In this document: in pieces, positions 8,901 through 17,095 of the stretch
How the letters are laid out: the number at the start of each line of letters is the position of its first letter
Position numbering within the stretch: the first letter of the stretch is position 1
DNA from: an uncultured Verrucomicrobia subdivision 3 bacterium
GTDB lineage: Bacteria > Verrucomicrobiota > Verrucomicrobiia > Limisphaerales > UBA11358
Direction of reading: 5' to 3'
DNA length: 51,104 nt
Assembly (NCBI GenBank): GCA_903833055.1
Contig: CAILDU010000188.1
Location: forward strand, 1-51,104
Made by a program: the position numbers and the translations under genes
The notes under the pieces: generated by a model
Databases searched by the model: none
The model's input: the letters and a program-made list of their open reading frames with translations, nothing else
Told to the model about the DNA's origin: nothing

Positions 8901-10176
8901 GGCCAAATGAGCCGGTGAATTTATCGTAGCGCGTGGTGGAAGAAACATTATACATCCCATTGCCCAGCATTATGCCTACAGCATTGTTGCCATTGGTTAA
9001 ATATGTTGTCAGATCTAGCGAATCATAGAGACACGTCTTGTCATACTTACTCCAACTCGGAGCCAGCAATGCATTGCCAACTTTGGTTCCATTCGCGGAC
9101 AGTTCGTATTGCCCCAGGCCACAAATGTAAACCACGGCACGCTGCAAACCGGAGTTAACTGTGAACTGTCGTCGGAAAATTGGTAGCCCAGTTTGCACTG
9201 TCACGCCTGTTCCCCACGGACTAATGCCATTAGTTCCCAACACCAACGCCGTCGTCCAGGAACTGTCATTGAAACTCGGTGACTGCCAACTGGTCTGCAA
9301 AGTATTGGCTGCCTTCCAACTGGCATTCATTTGAATATTTGATTGTGAACCGTCAGCGTAAGTCAGCACCAGTTTTCCAATGAGTCCAGCCGGGTTTGAG
9401 GCGCTGCCAGAGTTGGCGGCAGTAATCGCCAGCAGATTGGCTCCAGTCTGAAGTTGCGCCGTTACACTGATCGGAACCACGGTGGTGTAGTCTTGCCCCT
9501 GCGCGACTTGCGCCCCATTGATGTAGGCAGTGTAGGAATTATCCGCCGTCACCAATAAGGTTGCCCCGGTGAGCGCCGAGTCGGAACGCACAGAAAATGT
9601 TTTGCGAAAATAACGGGTTCCAACCGGAGCTGATACTGCCGGATTGCCTTCCGGATACCAAATCCAAGAACAATCGGTAAGACTATAAAAACCATTCGTC
9701 GGAGGAACTAACCATCCACCCTGCCAGTCAGTTTGATTTAGCAAGCCCATGATCCAAGTCGCCACCGAACTCCACGCGGAAGCCTGATCACTAACATCCC
9801 AGACACGCACCCGCCAAAAAACTTGTTGAGCCGAAGTCAACGTGCTGCCGCCGTAAGCAACGTAAAATGGCTGCGAAGAAACTACTTTGCCACTGTCCCA
9901 CAAGTCGGGTTGATTCGCGGCCAGCAAGTCGGCAGATGAAGCTACTTGAATCTGGTAAGCCGTCTCACTCTGCGCGCGTTCGGCAACCGTGCCCGCCACC
10001 ACCTGCCAACTCAAACGTGGACTAGCATCATCAATACCCAAGGGATTCTGCCAAAAAGAACACCTTAAGTTGATTGGTGAAATTCCTGCAAAAAGTCCCT
10101 GGCACGACAATAATATTGCCAGACAAATTATCCGACCAAATGACGGTAACATTTTAAGCAAAACCGCTTGAGCCAT
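5911..10176 (-). CDS. Secreted multidomain alpha-L-rhamnosidase (GH78) with CBM67-like, FN3, extra jelly-roll and C-terminal putative sorting domains
   Basis: NPLGID..PRLSW N-terminus, YGGEDYDAR, YDLGQN, TDCPHRERLGWL, GLGDW, GATALTEAW, SQDHFMLG; FN3 PTSLKASAGNGQILLNW...YYYVVSAV. Confidence 0.93.
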   Translation of the reverse strand: MAQAVLLKMLPSFGRIICLAILLSCQGLFAGISPINLRCSFWQNPLGIDDASPRLSWQVVAGTVAERAQSETAYQIQVASSADLLAANQPDLWDSGKVVSSQPFYVAYGGSTLTSAQQVFWRVRVWDVSDQASAWSSVATWIMGLLNQTDWQGGWLVPPTNGFYSLTDCSWIWYPEGNPAVSAPVGTRYFRKTFSVRSDSALTGATLLVTADNSYTAYINGAQVAQGQDYTTVVPISVTAQLQTGANLLAITAANSGSASNPAGLIGKLVLTYADGSQSNIQMNASWKAANTLQTSWQSPSFNDSSWTTALVLGTNGISPWGTGVTVQTGLPIFRRQFTVNSGLQRAVVYICGLGQYELSANGTKVGNALLAPSWSKYDKTCLYDSLDLTTYLTNGNNAVGIMLGNGMYNVSSTTRYDKFTGSFGPPKVIAQIYLYYTNGTSQVIASDSQWQTASGPITYSHVYGGEDYDARLVQSGWDKTGFNAVSWAAAVVTNSPSGILRGQSHAAPPIVATQILQPIRTNTIYSTNIVYDLGQNAALIPTLIAHGQAGAVIKITPAELTNSDGTVNRTSVGGGSAYWQYTLAGTGSETWTPKFFYHGCRYLQVTLTAATGSSQLPVVDALSGVVIQSATTSAGDFSCSSDLLNRTRTLIRWAQRNNLISILTDCPHRERLGWLEQYNLHGPSLRYEFDVGQLFAKTMQDMADSQTSSGLQPSIAPEYAVFSGGFRDSPEWGSSVIIVPWQHYLFTGDDMLLRNYYSTMTNYFGYLKNQAVNNFLSYPSGLGDWYDIGPNAPGYSQLTPISLTADAYYCQDAQILAQVATKIGKPADATQFNLLATNIAAAFNNTYYSDANGYYATGSQTAQSLPLYLGIVSSNNQAAVLSALVANVNSQGLTAGDIGHRYLLRALADMGRSDVVYSLHGGTNNPGYGYILSQGATALTEAWNANTSSSQDHFMLGHITEWFYHDLAGIQNDPAAPGFQHVIIKPTFVSGISWVNAYYASVRGNITNNWAVTNNLATMNVTIPVGATASIYLPTLGSITTNLLVKESGTTIWQNGAVAGSVTGALFSQVTGSGSQTYLVWTVGSGTYSFSWNIFISPPTSLKASAGNGQILLNWNYVPNANSFNVKRSTTAGSGYVTMATGVTGTNFIDFALTNNTTYYYVVSAVSGGSESANSTEVSATPGLVANFSFETPTTSTYQYNPSGGSWTFTAQSGANGSGISTNGSAFNSGNPSAPQGGQIAFLQGAATISQTLMGLIAGAIYQVTFSAAQRNNIYGQQKGQTWQLQLDGTVIGTYAPPETAQSYGDYSATFTASSASSHALAFVGTDTNGGDNTVFIDNVQLAFAPLLTRPQLAFQFAGSQLQLRWPADHAGWQLQAQTNSLGLGLGTNWLTVLGSAFTNQFSLPLNLATGSVFFRIAYP

Positions 10177-10385
10177 TGTTATTCACGCTAGGTAACCCCA
10201 TTATTCAGGACGCAATTCCAGCTAGATTACGCCAAGCCAACCTAGCAACTAATTTTTTATTTGCAGAACTGAAAACGGTTCCGCTGTGGCATAATATAAA
10301 TATTCTGCCTTGTTAGTTGAGTTCTGGGTATTGTTTATACCTGAAATCAGCAGCTCTCGCCATACCCCTAAATTTGTAGCCCTGC

Positions 10386-10405
10386 CATCACCTGAATTGG
10401 GGATG
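10386..10405. promoter_or_regulatory. Palindromic operator-like site CATCACC-N6-GGGGATG, copy 2
   Basis: CATCACCTGAATTGGGGATG, ~210 bp upstream of the GH78 gene; preceded by GTAGC at the same spacing as copy 1 and by TACCCCT-AA-ATTTGTA. Confidence 0.6.
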
Positions 10406-10784
10406 TGCATTACTGCCGTAGCTTTGATAGCCGAAATACATGATAAGTATGGCGGGGCGATGGCTAAACGAAAAAACGGCGCGCCCAAAATCAACCCGCA
10501 TGGGCGATACAGATGAACAAAATAACCTGATAGCGCAAAGCCGGAATGGCGTTGCCAGCAATCACCGCAGTCCCCTCTTCGCATGCATCATTCCAGCCAT
10601 TGCGTTCCGGCTTCAATCAGTGGCTCCACACCGTTCACGCGGTGCAAACCACGTTTACTCTGGGACATAACCAACCCTTTGGGACAATCGCATTTGCGGT
10701 CGCAGTTGGATCAACTGAAAGCCGCCGCGCCGGTGGACCGGGAATTTTTCTTAACCAAATAATACTGCGAACGTCTTTAATTCC

Positions 10785-13118
10785 ATGAACACAAAATTCA
10801 TTGCCCATTTAACGGCCGCGTTTCTGCCGCTGTTTTTAGCCGTGTCAGGATTGGCAGCGGAATCACCAGCCATCACGGACACGATTGTTTTTGGCGAAGC
10901 CGCGTCGGAAAAAAATCATGCTTTGCTCGCGACGCACAGCGACATTATCAACGGTGGCCTTGGCGAATCCGCGCGGATTTTATTGCCGCTGACCAGCGGC
11001 GCGTGGGAAGGCGGACGGCTCGCGTTCACGCTGAAAGTTGATTCACAAAAACAAAATTACGCAACGGTGCGGCTTTGGGGTTCGGATGCGACAAAAAATG
11101 AACTCGTGCTTTTTTGCGAAGGAAAACAGGTCGGCTACCGGCAGCTCGGCGACATTGATTTGCTCGACATCGGCGGCGAGGAAGCGGCGTTTCCCGGACG
11201 ATTTATTTACAACACCACGCCGCTGCCGCTGACGCTGACGAAAGGAAAAACGGAATTGCATTTTGAAATCCGCAGCTACGGTCCCACGTGGGGCTATGCA
11301 AATAATTTTGAAGGTTTTCAAAAAGCGCTCGTCGGCTCGACGCGCGGCATCTACAAAATTTATTCGCACACGGACGGATTTTTTCTGCCGCCTGTCGGTG
11401 AAAAACAAGGCGTCGCTCCGGCAAGCCCGCCTGTCCGCAACACGCCGAGCACGGAAGTTTTTGACAAGCTTAAATCGCGCGTGAATGGCGAGGTCAACGG
11501 CCTGATCAAGTCCACGCGTCCGCTCAATGAAATGCAGATGGAGTTTCTTGCGCGGGCTTATTTCGTGAAGTGGACACCCGCATTTCAAAATCCAAAAGTC
11601 GTCACGCAAGTTGTCAAAGGCCTGGACGCACTCTTCGCCGCGTATCGCAAAAATCCTGAACTGGCGCATCACGATTCGTCCACGCCGAATCCCGACTGGT
11701 TTGAATTTGGTCCGGCGGGCGATGCGGTTTCGCTGCTCGGCGAGGAAATAAAACCATTGCTGGACGTGCAAATCAATGATGGCGGCAAAAAAAACTCCCG
11801 TCGGGCCGCGTGGATGGAATTGCTTGTGACTGGGCGCGATTGGCATCGCCAGCATCGCCGGCTTTACACGAATCAGACGATGATTCAGGACATGGAAATT
11901 TATTTGTCCAATCGCGGGCTTGAAATTATTGACCCGGCCAGCGCGCTTTCTGAAACCGCCGCGCGCCGTTATCTCTACGAAGCCGTCGGCCTCGAACCGT
12001 GGCGCGACAGTGATCCGGGCGCGGACAGCCACAGTTGGGGCGTCGGCACAAACTATTGGCAACTTACAGAAAAAGGTCTCACGAAGGAACTCGGCTACGT
12101 TGGCTATTACGGCGAGGTGTTGGATTGGGTAACTTCAATTTACAATGCGACACGGCCTGCGCCCGGTTTGCCCGGCGATGTGGAAATTAAATTGCAGTTG
12201 GAAAAAATTTCCAACGCGCGCGCGAATTTTCGTTATCCCGGAACGGACGCGGATGGCTTTCGCGCGATGCGGATTGAAGCCGTGGTTGGCTGGCGCGACA
12301 GCGGGCATTATCCCGGCAACGTCGCTTACGCCGAGCGTCCGACGTGGGATGCGTCGCCGCTTTACGCCGTCACCGCGACGCTCGATCCGGATGCGATTGG
12401 CTACGCGCAACAGATGTTTGCGGACGGACAATTTTTTATTTCGCTCGAACGCCAGATGGCGCAGGCAAACAATCTACGCGTCACCGCCGGACTGCTCGAC
12501 GTGCCGGATCAATACGAACTTATCAAAGCGCAGCCGCCGAGCGCGAAGCGTTTGCCGATGACGCCCGGCCAACCGGATTTTGTTTTCCGCGACGAAGTGG
12601 ATGGCGTGGTCGCGGTGAAAAACGGCGACGAAATATTTTATGCGTCGCTCTACTGGCGTTCGCGCAACGCCGTGAATTCATTGGCGCGAATCCATTTCAC
12701 CACGCCGCTCACAGATCAAATCGCGGTGGTGGCCGAGGAAACTCAATTTGAACCGAGCGGACAATTTTACTCGCGCCCGGATCACATCAATTTTGGTTTT
12801 GCCAATGGCGGCCCACGCTATCCGCAGGATTTACACTCGGCGCACGCGGGCGAAAAATTGCCCATCGCCAAAATTCCGGCGGGCGTGAAATTCAAGCCCG
12901 GCGACGAAAATGTATATGCTGGCAAGGCGAATTTTTACACGCTGCGCTACGGAAATTATCTTATCGGCATGAACCTGACGACGGACAAAACGCTTGAATT
13001 AAAAACGCCCATTGGCGTGAGCGAGGCGAAAGAACTGGTTTCTGGAAAAATTGTGAAGCTGGACGCGCCGCTCAAAATCGCACCGCGCTCGACAGTGGTT
13101 TTATATTTTGGAAAATGA
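10785..13118 (+). CDS. Uncharacterised secreted protein (777 aa), possible glycan-active enzyme
   Basis: Signal peptide ending VSGLA; long ORF with host-like codon usage; no family confidently recognised. Confidence 0.8.
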   Translation: MNTKFIAHLTAAFLPLFLAVSGLAAESPAITDTIVFGEAASEKNHALLATHSDIINGGLGESARILLPLTSGAWEGGRLAFTLKVDSQKQNYATVRLWGSDATKNELVLFCEGKQVGYRQLGDIDLLDIGGEEAAFPGRFIYNTTPLPLTLTKGKTELHFEIRSYGPTWGYANNFEGFQKALVGSTRGIYKIYSHTDGFFLPPVGEKQGVAPASPPVRNTPSTEVFDKLKSRVNGEVNGLIKSTRPLNEMQMEFLARAYFVKWTPAFQNPKVVTQVVKGLDALFAAYRKNPELAHHDSSTPNPDWFEFGPAGDAVSLLGEEIKPLLDVQINDGGKKNSRRAAWMELLVTGRDWHRQHRRLYTNQTMIQDMEIYLSNRGLEIIDPASALSETAARRYLYEAVGLEPWRDSDPGADSHSWGVGTNYWQLTEKGLTKELGYVGYYGEVLDWVTSIYNATRPAPGLPGDVEIKLQLEKISNARANFRYPGTDADGFRAMRIEAVVGWRDSGHYPGNVAYAERPTWDASPLYAVTATLDPDAIGYAQQMFADGQFFISLERQMAQANNLRVTAGLLDVPDQYELIKAQPPSAKRLPMTPGQPDFVFRDEVDGVVAVKNGDEIFYASLYWRSRNAVNSLARIHFTTPLTDQIAVVAEETQFEPSGQFYSRPDHINFGFANGGPRYPQDLHSAHAGEKLPIAKIPAGVKFKPGDENVYAGKANFYTLRYGNYLIGMNLTTDKTLELKTPIGVSEAKELVSGKIVKLDAPLKIAPRSTVVLYFGK

Positions 13119-13393
13119 GCGCGTTCAACCGTTTCATTTTGCGGCGGCAAATCGCTTGGCAAATATATTCAGTCCGGCAAATCCGCCATCACGCAGACGG
13201 AAATTGGCGCACGAAAAGTTTTTTCGTTCGGCTTTCAATACGGCAAGCGCGAAATGCACCCCCCTTGTGTTGCTCAAAGACACTCCAATTGTCACGCCGA
13301 TTGGCTCGAACCTTGTCCTCGACTGCAAAATAGCCCGTGGTTCTTGCGTCAAACTGTGGTCACCACTCGTCGAATTTAATCAAACTGGTGGAG

Positions 13394-13467
13394 TGGAGCG
13401 GGTGAAGGGAATCGAACCCTCGTGAGCAGTTTGGAAAACTGCCGTTCTACCATTGAACTACACCCGC
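13394..13467 (-). tRNA. tRNA-Gly (anticodon TCC)
   Basis: Reverse complement GCGGGTG TA GTTC AATGGTA GAAC G GCAGT TTTCCAA ACTGC TCAC GAGGG TTCGATT CCCTT CACCCGC T CCA folds into a full cloverleaf with encoded CCA. Confidence 0.97.
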
Positions 13468-13480
13468 CTTCAGTTCCTAT

Positions 13481-13560
13481 TTTTTGAATTTTAAGTTTTT
13501 AGTTCCAGCAGAGCCAGCCTTTTTTTATAACTTAAAATTAAAAATTCAAAACTAAAAACT
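13481..13560. repeat. Inverted array of AT-rich heptamer repeats
   Basis: TTTTGAA TTTTAAG TTTTTAG TT ... AACTTAA AATTAAA AATTCAA AACTAAA AACT, between the tRNA and pyrC. Confidence 0.75.
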
Positions 13561-13607
13561 GTCCAACCCGCTTGCCTTGTCAATCCGCCGCCACTAAACT
13601 TCGCGCG

Positions 13608-14990
13608 ATGAATTCGCTGCTTCTCACCGGCGGGCGTGTGGTTGATCCCGCCAATAAATTTGACGCCATCGCCGACGTTTTAATTCTCAACGGCAAAATT
13701 TCCGCCGTCGGTAAAAAGCTTTCCGCTCCCGCTGGCGTGGAAACTTTCGACGCGACTGGAAAAATTGTTTCACCCGGCCTCATTGATTTGCACGTTCACT
13801 TCCGCGAACCCGGCCAGACGGCCAAAGAAAATATTGCGACCGGCTGCGCGGCGGCTGCGCGCGGCGGATTTACTTCCGTCGTCTGCATGCCGAATACTTC
13901 GCCCGCGATTGACAGCGCGGCGACCGTTGCGCTCATTCACGAACGTGCCCGCGAACAGGGTTTGATCAATGTTTTCATCTCCGGCGCCATCACCAAAGGC
14001 ATCGCGGGCGAAGAACTCGCGCCCATCGGCGGTTTGAAAAAAGCGGGCGTCGTCGCCATCACCGACGACGGCCATTGCATTCAGAATAACGATCTCATGC
14101 GCCGCGCCTGCGAATACGCGAAGATGTTCGACTTGCCGCTGTTTGATCACTGTCAGGATTATTCGCTCGTGACCGACGGCGTGATGCACGAAGGTTATTG
14201 GAGCCTCGCGCTCGGTTTGCGCGGCTGGCCGGCGGCGGGCGAAGAAATGATTGTCGCGCGCAACATTCTGCTCGCGGAACTCACCGGCGCAAAAATTCAT
14301 TGCCAGCATTTGAGCGCGGCGGGCAGCGTGAAATTATTGCGGGACGCAAAAAAACGTGGCGTCTCAATTTCCGGCGAGGCGTGCCCACATCATTTCACAC
14401 TCACCGACGCGGCGGTAGCAGGCAGCGAAAAATTTTGGGCGGACGATGGCAAACAACTTTCAACCTTCAACTTTCAACCAGCCACTTCGCCCCAATGGCC
14501 GGCTTACGACACCAATTTCAAAATGAATCCCCCGCTCCGTTCCGCGCGCGACCGCGAGGCGATTCTTGAAGGCTTGGCCGACGGCACGATTGAGATTTTG
14601 TGCAGCGACCACGCGCCGCATTGCGATTACGAAAAAGAAGTCGAGTTCGACTACGCGCCGTTCGGCATCACCGGATTGGAAACGGAACTTGCGCTCTCGC
14701 TGATGCAACTCGTCCACACGAAACGGATTTCGCTCGCGGACATGATTGCGAAATTCACCGTCAATCCCGCGCGCTTGCTGAATCTAGCGAAAGGAACTTT
14801 GAGCGTCGGCGCAGACGCGGACGTGACGGTGTTTGATGCGGATGCCGAATGGATTTATCAGCGCGAAGATTCCGCGAGCAAATCCAAGAACAATCCGTTC
14901 TTCGGCTGGAAGCTAAAAGGCAAAGCCGTCGCCACCATCGTCGGCGGCAAAGTCGTCTGGTCAGAAACTGCCGAAGCCGTCGCGGCGTAA
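13608..14990 (+). CDS. pyrC: Dihydroorotase
   Basis: PGLIDLHVHFREPG, CMPNT, HCQHLS, ACPHH, KMNPPLR, SDHAPH; ATG 13608. Confidence 0.95.
   Translation: MNSLLLTGGRVVDPANKFDAIADVLILNGKISAVGKKLSAPAGVETFDATGKIVSPGLIDLHVHFREPGQTAKENIATGCAAAARGGFTSVVCMPNTSPAIDSAATVALIHERAREQGLINVFISGAITKGIAGEELAPIGGLKKAGVVAITDDGHCIQNNDLMRRACEYAKMFDLPLFDHCQDYSLVTDGVMHEGYWSLALGLRGWPAAGEEMIVARNILLAELTGAKIHCQHLSAAGSVKLLRDAKKRGVSISGEACPHHFTLTDAAVAGSEKFWADDGKQLSTFNFQPATSPQWPAYDTNFKMNPPLRSARDREAILEGLADGTIEILCSDHAPHCDYEKEVEFDYAPFGITGLETELALSLMQLVHTKRISLADMIAKFTVNPARLLNLAKGTLSVGADADVTVFDADAEWIYQREDSASKSKNNPFFGWKLKGKAVATIVGGKVVWSETAEAVAA
14454..14479 (+). repeat. Tandem heptamer (CAACYTT) inside pyrC
   Basis: CAACTTT CAACCTT CAACTTT CAACC, encoding QLSTFNFQP. 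Confidence 0.75.
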
Positions 14991-14991
14991 A

Positions 14992-15699
14992 TTAATTTTC
15001 TGCGGGCGACTCCGGCGTGGCGACGGGCGTTTCTTCAACCGGCGTTTTCACTTCTTCATCCAGTTGCAATTGCTCCGGCGGCGTAGTGGCGAGTCCGGCA
15101 TCCGCCGTGATGGGCGCGGGCGGACGTTCAACGGGAATTCGGCGAAGTTCATCCGCAGCGGGCAAATCTTCAAGGCCGCGCAAACCAAAATATTCCAAAA
15201 ATAAAGGCGTGGTGCTGTAAAGCGCGGGACGACCGACCACTTCCGCGCGACCGCTTTGAATCACGAGGCCGCGTTCCAAAATCGTCTGCATCGTGCCGTC
15301 AATGTTCACGCCGCGCACCTGCTCGACTTCCGCGCGTGTGACTGGCTGGCGATACGCGATGATGGCGAGTGTTTCCAACGCCGCCTGCGAGAGCCGCGTG
15401 GGACGATTTTTTACACCGACGAGCGCCTTGAGCCACGGCGAAAATTCCGGCTGCGTGACGAACTGCCACGCGCCCGCGACGCACGCGAGCCGGTAACTGC
15501 GCGCGGCGGATTCGTGTTCGCGCGCAAGTTCTTCGAGCGCGGCGGTGAGGTCGTCGTCCTTCACTTTTTTGAACGGCTTGGCGGCCTCGTCCGCGTCCTC
15601 CGCCGTGGCGGCGTTGGCGAGCAAGTCGCGAAGTTCTTTTACGCTCATCGGTTTTTGAGCGGAGAACAAAAGTGATTCAAGAATGAATTTCAGTTCCAT
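14992..15699 (-). CDS. scpB: SMC-Scp complex subunit ScpB
   Basis: LSQAALETLAIIAYRQPVTRAEVEQVRGV, GRPALY, FLEYFGL. Confidence 0.96.
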   Translation of the reverse strand: MELKFILESLLFSAQKPMSVKELRDLLANAATAEDADEAAKPFKKVKDDDLTAALEELAREHESAARSYRLACVAGAWQFVTQPEFSPWLKALVGVKNRPTRLSQAALETLAIIAYRQPVTRAEVEQVRGVNIDGTMQTILERGLVIQSGRAEVVGRPALYSTTPLFLEYFGLRGLEDLPAADELRRIPVERPPAPITADAGLATTPPEQLQLDEEVKTPVEETPVATPESPAEN

Positions 15700-15708
15700 G
15701 CGAAAAAA

Positions 15709-16674
15709 TTAATTTGGTTTTGGTTCGTCTGCGTCAGTTTCTTCTTCATCGCCATCCTCATCTTCTTCGTCGTCCTCGGCGTCATCATCATCGTCTTCGT
15801 CATCAAATTCATCTTCCGCTGCTTCTTCTTCAGTTTCAGAAACAGTTGTTTCAGGCAATGACGATGAGGGTTTTACTTCGGCCTCAATTTCGGCTTCCGC
15901 TGCTGACTCGCCCATTTCCATCTGCACAGCAGAAGTAACGGTGGAAGGAACGGCCTTGCCGATTTGAATTTCATCGAACGGTTCCGGCTGGATGCACGCG
16001 AGTTGCTTCAAGCGAATCAATTCCAGCAACGCGAGAAACGTGCAGACCACTTCCGCGCGATTGGCGGCGGTTTCAAACAGTTCGGAAAATTTCACAGAGC
16101 CGCGCTCGGTCAACGTCTTGAGCACGAATTCAATTTTCTCGCTGACCGTCCATTTGTCCTCGTAAATCTCGCGCGTGCCGGCGGTCTTATCCTGAAAGCG
16201 TTTAAGGACGGAATTGACCGCGTTCAATAAATCGAAAATGGAAATTTCAATTTTGACGGGCGCGTCGGTATTTTCAAATTCGATTTTTCCGGGCAATCGC
16301 GGAAAAACATTTTCCTGACGTTCTTCGAGCGTTTGCAGTTTCGCGGCGGCGTCCTTGAATTTTTTATATTCCACCAACTGGCGAATGAGTTCGAAGCGCG
16401 GATCTTCGCCTTCATCCTCGGCTTCGACGACGACCTGCTGATCCACCGGCAATAGCTCGCGGCTCTTGATATACATGAGCGTCGAAGCCATCACGAGAAA
16501 TTCGCCGGCGATTTCGAGATCGAACGCGCGCATCAAATCAATGTATTCGATGAACTGCGTCGCGAGCTTGGTGAGGTTGACTTCGTAAATGTCCACTTCC
16601 TCCTTCTTGATGAGATAAAGAAGCAGGTCGAGCGGTCCCTCGAAAACCTCGAATTGAACTTTGTATTCAGCCAT
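15709..16674 (-). CDS. scpA: Segregation and condensation protein ScpA (kleisin) with long acidic tail
   Basis: FEGPLDLLLYLI, EFLVMASTLMYIKSRELLP, TFLALLEL; ATG 16674. Confidence 0.95.
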   Translation of the reverse strand: MAEYKVQFEVFEGPLDLLLYLIKKEEVDIYEVNLTKLATQFIEYIDLMRAFDLEIAGEFLVMASTLMYIKSRELLPVDQQVVVEAEDEGEDPRFELIRQLVEYKKFKDAAAKLQTLEERQENVFPRLPGKIEFENTDAPVKIEISIFDLLNAVNSVLKRFQDKTAGTREIYEDKWTVSEKIEFVLKTLTERGSVKFSELFETAANRAEVVCTFLALLELIRLKQLACIQPEPFDEIQIGKAVPSTVTSAVQMEMGESAAEAEIEAEVKPSSSLPETTVSETEEEAAEDEFDDEDDDDDAEDDEEDEDGDEEETDADEPKPN

Positions 16675-16774
16675 TAAACGGACGGGCAGCGTAAATTGAA
16701 GCGGACGGCTTGGCAATGTCGGAACGCGCAAGCTAATTGCTCGACGCAGCAAATTTATTTTGCATAATACGATT

Positions 16775-17095
16775 ATGAGTTCGGACGAGCGCGAAATTTA
16801 TAATTATTTGCAGACGTGGAACGGCGAATTCATTAATGCCAAGGAAATCAGTCGGCGCGCCGGCACCAAACGGCGTTACCACGAAGACCCCGACTGGGCG
16901 AAACCGTTTTTGCTCTCGATGGTTGATAACGGGCTGCTGGAAAAAGATCTCAACGGCCGTTTTCGCGTCAAACCCGAACGCAAAAAAGGTCACAATCAAA
17001 AATGGATTTCGCCGGACATCGAAAAAATCCTCAATGATGGCGGCGTGACTATTGATGAAGAAACCGGCAACTCGGTGACGGACGAATCGCTCTGA
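16775..17095 (+). CDS. Small hypothetical protein, winged-helix-like
   Basis: EREIYNYL...AKEISRRAG...LLSMVDNGLLEKD.NGRFRV pattern; stop overlaps the next ATG. Confidence 0.7.
   Translation: MSSDEREIYNYLQTWNGEFINAKEISRRAGTKRRYHEDPDWAKPFLLSMVDNGLLEKDLNGRFRVKPERKKGHNQKWISPDIEKILNDGGVTIDEETGNSVTDESL

Noticed and set aside
10640-10690. GCAAACC...GGGAC resembling a c-di-GMP-I riboswitch
   Set aside because: Lacks the GNRA-capped stem and the following GCAAA/P3 elements
10249-10788. Small ORFs in the divergent intergenic region
   Set aside because: Mutually overlapping, no recognisable motifs, and they overlap the probable operator
13108-13425. 105-aa ORF ending GGVERVKGIEPS
   Set aside because: Antisense read-through of the tRNA-Gly gene
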